From the NCBI GenBank assembly GCA_048885865.1, contig JBHLLF010000015.1, positions 12,271 to 76,270 of the forward strand: a DNA stretch of 64,000 nucleotides, read 5' to 3'. Shown here in pieces: positions 48,940 to 57,155 of this stretch (the first letter of the stretch is position 1; every line of letters starts with the position of its first letter). This DNA comes from Candidatus Hermodarchaeota archaeon. Lineage in GTDB: Archaea; Asgardarchaeota; Thorarchaeia; Thorarchaeales; Thorarchaeaceae. Both the position numbers and the translations under genes were made by a program. The notes under the pieces were generated by a model, which was not told where the DNA came from, made no database searches, and saw only the letters and a list, made by a program, of their open reading frames with translations.

Positions 48940-49701
48940 ATGAGTGATAGCAAAGTGATCAAACCTCCTTTGGAGGAAATCAAGAGCGGAAAGGTGTTCA
49001 AGCCCGCCACGGCATTCGTATACAAGGGCTGGTTTGGGCTGATTCTAGGAGCCATAGGACTCTGGATCTTTGCAATGCTAGTATGGCTCGGAACAGCGTA
49101 TCTGGTCATTGTTTTCGATAGTGGAGCCACATTCTCAAGCTTCATTGTCTACCTCAACATCTGGTGGTGGCCAGTCAACTTCTGGTGGTGGGTAGTCAAC
49201 GCGTTCTGGCTCATCCCTGCAATTCTCGTATGGCCCTTCTATGTAAACAGGTTCGAGTACTCAGTGATAGCCCATTCAGGTGAAACAATGCCAGAGATCT
49301 ATGTCCGCAAGGGAATCATCACGGTCACCGAGAAACACGTACCATTTCGTACTATAACAAACATATCAAGTAAGGCGGGTCCGATTGATAGACTCTTCAA
49401 AATTGGGAGTGTTGAGATTCAGACTGCAGGTTTCTCGGGAGGGGCTCAGGCTGGGGCGAAACCCGAAGAGAAGCTAGAAGGACTTCATATCTTTGAATCT
49501 GTGAGAGACTTTGTGCTAAGAGAGCTTCGGAGATTCACAGGCCAGTATGTCACCACGACCGAGGTAGTCGCTCCTACTGACAAGCCAGTGCAAAGAATGG
49601 ATGACACGCTCCAAGACGAAATACTAATCACACTACGGCAGATTAGAGATAAGATGGGCCCACTAGATGAAATCTTGGACCTTCTTAAGAAAAGAGCATA
49701 G
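48940..49701 (+). CDS. bPH_2 membrane protein, copy 3
   Basis: Same motifs; ATG 48940 with GGAGG. Confidence 0.85.
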   Translation: MSDSKVIKPPLEEIKSGKVFKPATAFVYKGWFGLILGAIGLWIFAMLVWLGTAYLVIVFDSGATFSSFIVYLNIWWWPVNFWWWVVNAFWLIPAILVWPFYVNRFEYSVIAHSGETMPEIYVRKGIITVTEKHVPFRTITNISSKAGPIDRLFKIGSVEIQTAGFSGGAQAGAKPEEKLEGLHIFESVRDFVLRELRRFTGQYVTTTEVVAPTDKPVQRMDDTLQDEILITLRQIRDKMGPLDEILDLLKKRA

Positions 49702-49713
49702 GCGAGTCAAGGA

Positions 49714-50436
49714 ATGAGCAGTGACGGAAAAGTAATCAAACCTCCAATTGAGGAAGTAAAGAGCGGAAAGGTGTTCAAGCCATCAAAGGCCTTCCGCAAC
49801 AAGAACTGGGTTTTGATGATATCTATAGCATTGGGAATCTGGGTGACCTTTATCTCCATCATGCTTGGAATTGGGTATCTCGCGTTTGGTCTAATTGGAC
49901 AGTCAGGCTTTCAGGGCTGGATCGATGTTTTCTGGAATGTGATCAATCCTTGGTACTGGCTGCTGACTGCTGTCTGGTTCATCCCTGCCTTTATCCTCTA
50001 CCCAATCTACATCAACGCATTCGAATATTCAGTCATTGCTGAGTCAGGTGAAACGATGCCTGAGATATACGTGAAGAAAGGTCTCATCAACATCACACGC
50101 AAGCACGTTCCCCTGAGAACGATTACTAACATATCAACCCGGGCAGGTCCATTTGACCGCATCTTTGGAATTGGCACTGTTGAGGTGGAAACAGCTGGAG
50201 CCTCAGGACCACAAGTTGGGGGATCGGCGGAGGAGCGTCTGGAAGGGTTGGTCTTCTATGAAGAGCTCCGTGACTTCATCCTACGCGAGTTGCGCAGATT
50301 TAAGGATCCGTACGTTACTGGGACAGAGGTAGTGATTCCAGAGGACGAGAAGATTATCAGAGTGGGCAGTTCAATAGAAGAAGAGGTCCTCAAGGTGCTT
50401 GAGGATATCCGCGACCTACTAGGAGATCGCAGATAG
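49714..50436 (+). CDS. bPH_2 membrane protein, copy 4
   Basis: Same motifs; C-terminal EEEVLKVLEDIRDLL. Confidence 0.85.
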   Translation: MSSDGKVIKPPIEEVKSGKVFKPSKAFRNKNWVLMISIALGIWVTFISIMLGIGYLAFGLIGQSGFQGWIDVFWNVINPWYWLLTAVWFIPAFILYPIYINAFEYSVIAESGETMPEIYVKKGLINITRKHVPLRTITNISTRAGPFDRIFGIGTVEVETAGASGPQVGGSAEERLEGLVFYEELRDFILRELRRFKDPYVTGTEVVIPEDEKIIRVGSSIEEEVLKVLEDIRDLLGDRR

Positions 50437-50447
50437 GAGTGAGTGTC

Positions 50448-51203
50448 ATGAGGGAGGGATCTGCTCGAGTCATCAAGCCCCCCAGCGATGAGTTCGAGAG
50501 TGGCAGAATATTTAGACCTCTCCCTTCCCTGCGTCACAAGAAATGGTTGAAATTCATTCTGGCGGCGTTTGCATTCTATGGAGTATTTCTTTTCGCATTC
50601 TTTGGACCACCCATTGTCACGGTATTCATAATCGAATTCATACCCTTGAACCTTTATCTTCCCATGGACAGTTGGATTGTTGGAAGCCAGATCTATTGGC
50701 TAATTACTCCGTTTTGGCTCATTCCGGCACTAGTCTGGGTTCATCTCTATGTAAGAAGCATCGAGTATTCTGTTGTAGGTTGGCAGGGAGAAACAATGCC
50801 AGAGATCTACCAGAAGAAGGGCATCATCACGATAACAAAGAAGCATGTGCCATTCAAGAACATTACCCACGTGAAGAACAGAGTTGGGATATTTGATAGA
50901 CTGTATGGGATTGGCTGTGTGAAGGTAGAAACGGCTGGTGAGAAAGGGGGAATGCAAGCCACAGGGGTGCTGACACTCATTATTTCGCGACTGTTTTCTT
51001 CCAGTTCCGAAGAAAACATAGAGGGCATTCGATTCCACGAGGAATTGAAGAGATTCATCCTGAAAGAGATGCGCGGATTTGGGAAAGCTCCTCTTCATGT
51101 TTCCAGGGAGAGAAGAGTCACCTCCAAGGGTCTTTTCACAGAACGTACTCTGCGAGCCTTTCAGGATGTCAGAGATGCGCTAAGAACTGAAGCACAAAGG
51201 TGA
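50448..51203 (+). CDS. bPH_2 membrane protein, copy 5 (most divergent)
   Basis: VIKPP..GRIFRP, MPEIY.KKG, KHVPF.NIT, DRLYGIG.V.VETAG. Confidence 0.83.
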   Translation: MREGSARVIKPPSDEFESGRIFRPLPSLRHKKWLKFILAAFAFYGVFLFAFFGPPIVTVFIIEFIPLNLYLPMDSWIVGSQIYWLITPFWLIPALVWVHLYVRSIEYSVVGWQGETMPEIYQKKGIITITKKHVPFKNITHVKNRVGIFDRLYGIGCVKVETAGEKGGMQATGVLTLIISRLFSSSSEENIEGIRFHEELKRFILKEMRGFGKAPLHVSRERRVTSKGLFTERTLRAFQDVRDALRTEAQR

Positions 51204-51299
51204 ATGATAATGCGATCTATGAAGTATGTATTGGTGCTATTATTGGGATTGTTGATGTTTTTCTTCTTCCTGGCTCTCTACCTCTCTGGACTTCTCTAA
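51204..51299 (+). CDS. 31-aa single-TM peptide
   Basis: MIMRSMKYVLVLLLGLLMFFFFLALYLSGLL; ATG abuts the stop of copy 5. Confidence 0.5.
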   Translation: MIMRSMKYVLVLLLGLLMFFFFLALYLSGLL

Positions 51300-51302
51300 C
51301 AT

Positions 51303-51854
51303 TCAGTAGGTGAAGCCGAGCGGAACCGGGGGAGTAGTTATTAGTGCTTCTCCGTCGTCCCAGACAACATGAACTCTAGCATACAGATCGATGCCCTCTT
51401 CTAGGTCAGGCGAGTAGATTGTTTCACGGTCGTTAGTGAACTGAATGAGTTGTGAGCTATTTGAGGACACAGTGAACTCATCGAAGCAACAGGTAAGGCC
51501 TGGCTGAATCTTGAATGTGTGTAGGATGTTTCTACTGCCGCCAAAATAGACTGTGACTGCGCGGACATTCAGCCCAAACACAGTTGTATTGGCGCGATTA
51601 GTCGCATTTAGACGGATTATTAGATAGAATGGAGGCCCCTCAGGAGGGATTTCAGGCATGAAGTCTTGCCAAAAGTATGCGGTGGCAGTTAGCTCGAAAT
51701 CATCCACAATTACAGGTTCGACAGACTGTGAAGGGGGTTCGTCTGGAGGGGCTACAGGAAGAATGAAGTCAGAGAGAATGACAATGCTGCCTGCAACAAG
51801 CACCACTAGTACTACGATAAATGCATACACACCGCGCGACAGTTTCATCATCAT
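51303..51854 (-). CDS. N-terminally anchored Ig-like hypothetical protein
   Basis: TM, Pro-rich linker, beta-rich domain with WQDFMP. Confidence 0.65.
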   Translation of the reverse strand: MMMKLSRGVYAFIVVLVVLVAGSIVILSDFILPVAPPDEPPSQSVEPVIVDDFELTATAYFWQDFMPEIPPEGPPFYLIIRLNATNRANTTVFGLNVRAVTVYFGGSRNILHTFKIQPGLTCCFDEFTVSSNSSQLIQFTNDRETIYSPDLEEGIDLYARVHVVWDDGEALITTPPVPLGFTY

Positions 51855-51906
51855 CTCAAGTAAAGACGGTTTCAAAGGGTATTGACCTTTCCGAAATGGC
51901 AGCTAA

Positions 51907-52743
51907 TTACAGACGGATGTCAAGACTGTCAGTGATTCTGACAAAGCTAAGAAGGCTCTTCTCGGCTGCTTCGCGGGGGCGGACCTCAAAGACATAGAGT
52001 ACAGGATTCTCCAATCCATCCAGAAGACGCAAGGGACGCTCAAAGTATATCGACCCATCCCCGACTATTTGATGCTCGCCGTATAGATCGCTTCGGTCAT
52101 GGACATGAACGACTTCTATGGCATCTTTGTGTTTCTCAAAAACAGCCCAGTCATCTTCGTTAAGCTTGGGCTCATAGAGTTTTGGAATATCAAGGCAAAG
52201 CTTCAGGCCTCTTGGCACCATTTTGTCAATTGCTTCACGCACAATTGGATTCCATGATGAGTTCTCCAGAGCAATATTCGCATGAACTCTGGAGTGAGTG
52301 ATAAGGTCGTCTAGACTATCACATAGGGTCTGGAGGTATAGCTCAGAATTCTTCTCAGTAAAATCACAGTTTCTAGTTTTCGCCTGCTTGAATGAGGGAG
52401 GAGTTCCTGCGTGGACAACAATGTTGGTCCGGGTTTTACTCAAGTCACGCGCAAAGTCAATTATATCTCGAAAGTACTCAAGAATTGCATTTCTAATGAT
52501 GGGGTAGGTACAAAATAAACTCACATCATCCCCTGGAGCGTGAAAACCCCATTCGATTCCAAGCTCATGTGACCTCTGACGTAGCTGCATTCGTTCATAG
52601 AAGGCGACCTTCTCAGGAGACAATTCCGGTACACCAAAATCAGGCACAATTCCATTCCAGACGGTCCCCGACGCATAGTCTAAAGCCTCATGTAGAGACG
52701 TATTATAGACCATATGATAGGCGCGCCTTTGGGGGAGTGGCAT
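51907..52743 (-). CDS. Sugar phosphate isomerase/epimerase (xylose-isomerase-like TIM barrel)
   Basis: FHAP, VVHAG, ALEN, LCLD, HVHD, H..VGDG, FEV. Confidence 0.8.
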   Translation of the reverse strand: MPLPQRRAYHMVYNTSLHEALDYASGTVWNGIVPDFGVPELSPEKVAFYERMQLRQRSHELGIEWGFHAPGDDVSLFCTYPIIRNAILEYFRDIIDFARDLSKTRTNIVVHAGTPPSFKQAKTRNCDFTEKNSELYLQTLCDSLDDLITHSRVHANIALENSSWNPIVREAIDKMVPRGLKLCLDIPKLYEPKLNEDDWAVFEKHKDAIEVVHVHDRSDLYGEHQIVGDGSIYFERPLRLLDGLENPVLYVFEVRPREAAEKSLLSFVRITDSLDIRL

Positions 52744-52793
52744 ATGGAAACCGAGAAAACCATCTCTTATGAGATTGTTTGGTTTCTACGCAT

Positions 52794-53162
52794 CTACATC
52801 TTTGTGCTGCGCCACTGGGTAAGCAGGTCTTCAGAATTGACCTTGAAGTAGGGATGGCCGACATCAGAAACTCCGAGATCGCATTTTCCATTTTCGATGC
52901 CGGATAGCTCAAAGAAGGCAACACCATCTTTCTCAGTCGACTCATTCACTGTGAATAGGTCACCTGATGGAAGTCGAACCATGAGATTTACTTCAGCCAT
53001 ATCAATAGGTCTCTTGAGTCTGTCAACAATACGAACCGCTACTCGGATTCTGCTTGATGAGGGAGAATAGAGCTTCAGTAGATCAACTGACTCGACGTAC
53101 ATAGTGTCTTTAAATGGCGTACTTTCAGACTCCGCGGCAGCATTACGCTTTTGGTTGCTCAT
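52794..53162 (-). CDS. Hypothetical Ig-like protein
   Basis: V.IVD...PI..AEV...TEKDG.A.F beta-sandwich pattern. Confidence 0.6.
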   Translation of the reverse strand: MSNQKRNAAAESESTPFKDTMYVESVDLLKLYSPSSSRIRVAVRIVDRLKRPIDMAEVNLMVRLPSGDLFTVNESTEKDGVAFFELSGIENGKCDLGVSDVGHPYFKVNSEDLLTQWRSTKM

Positions 53163-53260
53163 CCCGATCTGCCTCAGCGGAGAAACCTCTCCAACTTGAA
53201 ACCTTGATGAGTTATAATATAACCTTTGCTTAGTTTTCTACCATAGTTTGGTGGTTTTTA

Positions 53261-53446
53261 CTAGATTCGCCTCTTTCTCATTAGAATAAATGCAGCAATA
53301 GCTACTGCCACCACACCTATGGCGAGGAGGACAATAACACCTTCCGCGAGCTGTCGCAATGGCGGAGGGGTTGATGTCGTTTCTTTAGTTGACGAACTTC
53401 TTTCGGTTGGGGTTGTGCAAGCATGGTTGTTGTTGCCTGATGGCAT
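53261..53446 (-). pseudogene. Orphan Thr/Ser/Pro linker + TM + basic tail (probable surface-protein remnant)
   Basis: TTPTERSSSTKETTSTPPP-(TM)-RKRRI; in-frame TGA six codons upstream of the ATG. Confidence 0.45.
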
Positions 53447-53479
53447 GTATCTGATGTCTAGTCATGAACAGTGGCGTCG

Positions 53480-54178
53480 TTATTTGCGCTTCACCGCAAG
53501 ATGAATTGCTGCCAATCCTAATGTCATTCGCTGGGATACCACTCGAGAAAAGCCTGCGTCACGAAGAATTTCTTCTAACTGCCCCGCAGGATAGAATCGA
53601 GGTACTGTGTAGGATAGATATGCGTAGCCTGTCTTTGATCCAGATATGAGACTCCCAAGTGATTTGACTGTGAGTCGAACATATAGATGGAATAGCCAGC
53701 GTATCAGGCGAGAACGAGGCTGGCTCGTTTCTAGGTTGAGAAAACGTCCACCTGGTCGCAAAACACGCTTGAACTCCCGGAAATATTCCAGGAGAGACTC
53801 CCTATTCTTGTTTATATTCCGCGTAGCAAAGGAGATTGTCACCAAATCAAACGAATTGTCGGGATACGGGAGTTGTTTGACATCAGCTAGTGTCATTTCA
53901 ATTCTAGACGCTTCATGCTTATGTGCAGCCAGGCGAGTCATTGGAAGTGAGAAGTCTGCTGTAATGACATCAGCAATGCCTTTCGATGCTCTCTGAAGGT
54001 ATGCCGCTGTTTCACCTGTGCCACTACAGACATCAAGCCATCTGGAGCCACCGCCGTTGACAGCAATGCGAGCGGCCTTTCGACGCCATAGCACATCGAG
54101 GCCGAATGTCAGGATGTGGTTGATGAGCTCATAGGTATGGGATACTTCGGAAAAGATGCGTTGGACTCCCTTGCTCAT
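53480..54178 (-). CDS. menG: UbiE/MenG quinone C-methyltransferase family
   Basis: YELINH.LTFGLD..WRR, LDVCSGTG, LPYPDNSFD.VTISF..RN, Y.YL..TV..F. Confidence 0.82.
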   Translation of the reverse strand: MSKGVQRIFSEVSHTYELINHILTFGLDVLWRRKAARIAVNGGGSRWLDVCSGTGETAAYLQRASKGIADVITADFSLPMTRLAAHKHEASRIEMTLADVKQLPYPDNSFDLVTISFATRNINKNRESLLEYFREFKRVLRPGGRFLNLETSQPRSRLIRWLFHLYVRLTVKSLGSLISGSKTGYAYLSYTVPRFYPAGQLEEILRDAGFSRVVSQRMTLGLAAIHLAVKRK

Positions 54179-54307
54179 TTCAGTTCTGCAACTCAGTTGT
54201 GATGGTGGGATGGTGAAACATGTACTCTAGATGAACCTACTGATAGAACGAATCATAGGGTTTCAAATCACATGATATACCTAAAGCCTCAACCTTCAAC
54301 GCGGCTT

Positions 54308-54676
54308 TCAACACTTACTGCAATCGCCGGTCTTCATCACAATGACTTTTGCGTCTTCAGCTATGTTTCCAAATACCTGATTGAAATAGCGTGCGGCTTC
54401 GATATAGCCTGCCATGCCAGCCTCCGTCAAGCTATAGACTCTCTGACGCCCTTCCTTTTCACTCTTGACAGTACCTCGGTCCTCTAGATCCTTTAGAGCT
54501 GGATAGATTGTGCCTGGCGTAGGCTTGGTTCCTCGCCGCATAGCAATCTGTTCCGCAATCTGTTGCCCATTCAATGGACCGTTCCGAAGCTCCCACAGAA
54601 TCTGGAATGTGAGCATACCTCGCATATCACAGCAGTCAGGAGGGCAACATTGCTCATTTTCACTATCGTCTGTCAC
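54308..54676 (-). CDS. PadR-family regulator with Cys-rich termini
   Basis: CCPPDCCDMRGML; PTPGTIYPALK.L; R.YSLTEAG; C-terminal CSKC; GTG 54676. Confidence 0.85.
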   Translation of the reverse strand: MTDDSENEQCCPPDCCDMRGMLTFQILWELRNGPLNGQQIAEQIAMRRGTKPTPGTIYPALKDLEDRGTVKSEKEGRQRVYSLTEAGMAGYIEAARYFNQVFGNIAEDAKVIVMKTGDCSKC

Positions 54677-54682
54677 GCATAA

Positions 54683-54754
54683 TATTGGGCGTCCGATAAA
54701 TTTAAATGTATATGTAGGACGCCCAATACTTGGTGGTGTATTGGACACCCAATA
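54683..54754. promoter_or_regulatory. Three copies of a 16-bp palindromic operator (TATTGG-N4-CCAATA) around a divergent TATA box
   Basis: 54683 TATTGGGCGTCCGATA; 54713 TGTAGGACGCCCAATA; 54739 TATTGGACACCCAATA. Confidence 0.75.
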
Positions 54755-54767
54755 AAAGGTGAAAGTC

Positions 54768-55568
54768 TTGACAGAGATGAAGAAAGTCAGTGAGATGTCA
54801 TCGGATGAAATCAAAGATGCCGTAAAGGACACTTATTCCAAGGTTGCTCAGCCTACGGGTGCTAGCTGTTGTGGTCAAACTGAAACAGAACAGGCGGCAT
54901 CTGACTGCGGAACGTCCGGGTGTGGTCCTTCTAGCAATATTCGAACATCCTATGCAGAATCCCTTGGCTATTCAGTGAAGGACATGCCAGAGTCAGCGAC
55001 CGAGTCATTTGCAGGATGTGGTAATCCTGTAGCCATTGCTAGCCTCAAGGAAGGAGAAGTAGTCTTAGACTTGGGGAGTGGAGCTGGACTAGACATGTTT
55101 CATGCGGCAAGGAAGGTTGGCGACACCGGTCGAGTGATAGGTGTCGATATGACTCCAGCAATGATCGAGAAAGCGAAGCATGGAGCAGAGCAGCTTGGAC
55201 TTGAAAATGTCGAGTTCAGATTGGGCGACATAGAAGACCTGCCAGTGGAGGACAGCTCTATAGATGTCATCATCAGCAATTGCGTCATCAACCTCGCACC
55301 TGATAAAGGCCAAGTGTTCCGAGAAGCGTACAGAGTCCTTCGACCAGGCGGAAGAGTCATGGTCTCGGACATAGTTCTTGAAGCCAATTTGCCGGAAAAG
55401 GTACGTGACGAGATAGCCAACTATACAGGTTGTCTTGGAGGTGCCATTCTCGAGGAAGAGTATCTCCAGCATATGCGCGATGCAGGATTCGAGGGAGTAG
55501 AAGTCGTCAGCAAGACTGGTTTCGGTCAGGCATCCAGTGCAAAGATTGCGGCATACAAACCCAAGTAA
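54768..55568 (+). CDS. arsM: Arsenite S-adenosylmethyltransferase
   Basis: SCCG, GCGNPVA.A.LKEGE.VLDLGSGAG.D, ISNCVINL.PDK, GCLGGA. Confidence 0.92.
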   Translation: MTEMKKVSEMSSDEIKDAVKDTYSKVAQPTGASCCGQTETEQAASDCGTSGCGPSSNIRTSYAESLGYSVKDMPESATESFAGCGNPVAIASLKEGEVVLDLGSGAGLDMFHAARKVGDTGRVIGVDMTPAMIEKAKHGAEQLGLENVEFRLGDIEDLPVEDSSIDVIISNCVINLAPDKGQVFREAYRVLRPGGRVMVSDIVLEANLPEKVRDEIANYTGCLGGAILEEEYLQHMRDAGFEGVEVVSKTGFGQASSAKIAAYKPK

Positions 55569-55836
55569 GAGGGGCAAAAACATGAACTGTGATGAACTCG
55601 CTCTAGGCAACGATTGCTGTGCAGATTATGATTCAAACCGTTCAAGATCCAATATAGCAAGTTGCATGGCAAGAGCGTCGGCTTCTAGGCATTGTGACGA
55701 CCTTAATCTGCTAGAGGACAGACCTTGGGTCATCTAGAATATGACATGCATAGGCAGGCTGTTCATAGGAATAGCTAATCATCCCTTACAAAGCTCCCCA
55801 GAGCCGCCTTCCATTTTAAGGAATTGAGAAAGGATG

Positions 55837-57051
55837 CTACTTGGAGCTGACAAACTCTACAGCATTGTCATCACAGATTACAGCACACAGCCCACAGCCA
55901 TCACATTTCTCTGGATTAACAACTGCCTTCCCCTCGCGCATCTGAATTGCTAGATAACCGCCGTCTGCACAGGCAATAACGCATTTCTTGCATCCCGTGC
56001 ATTTGTCAGAAATCACAGACGCCGTAACGGGTGAAAGCTTGCTAAGGGCCTCCCATGTAGTTATTTTGGGCAGGGCTTTGCCAACAACCTCATCGATGCT
56101 GGCATAACCCTTACGTTCCATGAAGGATTCTAGACCCTCAATCATGTCCTTGATGATACCAAATCCGTACCACATAGCCGCTGTGCACACCTGCAGTGTC
56201 TTTGCACCTGCCATAAGATACTCAGTTGCACTTCTCCAGTCTTCAATTCCTCCGATTCCAGAGATTGGAGTTTCAGGCAAGGCACGAGCAATCTGCGAAA
56301 CGAATCGAAGGCCTATCGGCTTCACAGCAGGTCCACAAAAGCCTCCATATGTGGAGAGTTGCTCCTTAAGATTCGGCCCATAGGCAATCGGCATTGGTGT
56401 TGCAGTTTCAACATCTATTCCTATGAGTGACTCTACAGTGTTGATAGCAGAAAGTCCGTTAGCGCCACCCCTGACAGCAGCCTCAGCAATCGGGACCATA
56501 TCTGTGACATTGGGAGTGAGTTTAACAAGCATGGGAAGGTCTGTTCCTTTCCGTGCTCCCTTGGTCACTGCCTCGACTAGTTCCGGATTCTGGCCAATGA
56601 AGGCACCCATATGCTTCTCAGGAGAACCGTGTGGACAGGAAACATTCAGTTCTATTGCATCAACTCCCGTCTGGGTCATCGTTTCAGCGAGCTTCGTCCA
56701 TCCATCAGGATCGGGGCTGCTCATAATGCTTGCAACAAGCACGAAGTCCTCCGGAGCCTCTCGCTTGAGTTGTGGAATCCACTCATCAGTCCATGTCGAC
56801 AGAGGTTTTCGGGATAGGAGTTCTATGTTGTTCATTCCAATTGGTGATCCATCTCTTCTTAGCACCCCTAGCCTTGTGCGCGGGTCTACTGTTGGCTCCT
56901 CTGTCACAGTCTTGAAGACTGCTCCTCCCCAGCCGAGTCTTGCCGCTCTAAGCATATGCCGCGCATCCATTGTCGGTGGAGCGGATGAGAGCATGAAAGG
57001 ATTCTTGAAACTGATTCCAGCAAATTCAACGGCGAGCCTCTCCTTGGACAT
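55837..57051 (-). CDS. preA: Dihydropyrimidine dehydrogenase subunit PreA (FMN + 2x[4Fe-4S])
   Basis: NPF.LSSAPPT, GMNNIEL.S, ELNVSCPHG, KLTPNVTD, AINT, GPAVKPI; two C-terminal CxxCxxC motifs. Confidence 0.92.
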   Translation of the reverse strand: MSKERLAVEFAGISFKNPFMLSSAPPTMDARHMLRAARLGWGGAVFKTVTEEPTVDPRTRLGVLRRDGSPIGMNNIELLSRKPLSTWTDEWIPQLKREAPEDFVLVASIMSSPDPDGWTKLAETMTQTGVDAIELNVSCPHGSPEKHMGAFIGQNPELVEAVTKGARKGTDLPMLVKLTPNVTDMVPIAEAAVRGGANGLSAINTVESLIGIDVETATPMPIAYGPNLKEQLSTYGGFCGPAVKPIGLRFVSQIARALPETPISGIGGIEDWRSATEYLMAGAKTLQVCTAAMWYGFGIIKDMIEGLESFMERKGYASIDEVVGKALPKITTWEALSKLSPVTASVISDKCTGCKKCVIACADGGYLAIQMREGKAVVNPEKCDGCGLCAVICDDNAVEFVSSK

Positions 57052-57093
57052 TTCTCTACAAACCTCCAACAATAAGGCAATGCACGGTCCGCC

Positions 57094-57108
57094 CCTAAAG
57101 TCTTTAGG
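57094..57108. promoter_or_regulatory. Palindrome in preA/aminotransferase divergent promoter
   Basis: CCTAAAG-T-CTTTAGG. Confidence 0.5.
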
Positions 57109-57155
57109 CGCGAATACCATAGCATTGTGCTGCTCGAAATCAATGGGTGGATATA

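Noticed and set aside
47417-51203. Repeated 19-26 nt tracts as a CRISPR array or DGR template/variable repeats
   Set aside because: Copies are about 750 nt apart, in frame within paralogous genes, with no cas or reverse transcriptase gene and no adenine-specific differences.
55582-55737. Cys-containing ORF after arsM as an arsenic chaperone
   Set aside because: It has a GAGGGG site and a CC pair but no ArsD-like pattern; it cannot be distinguished from chance.
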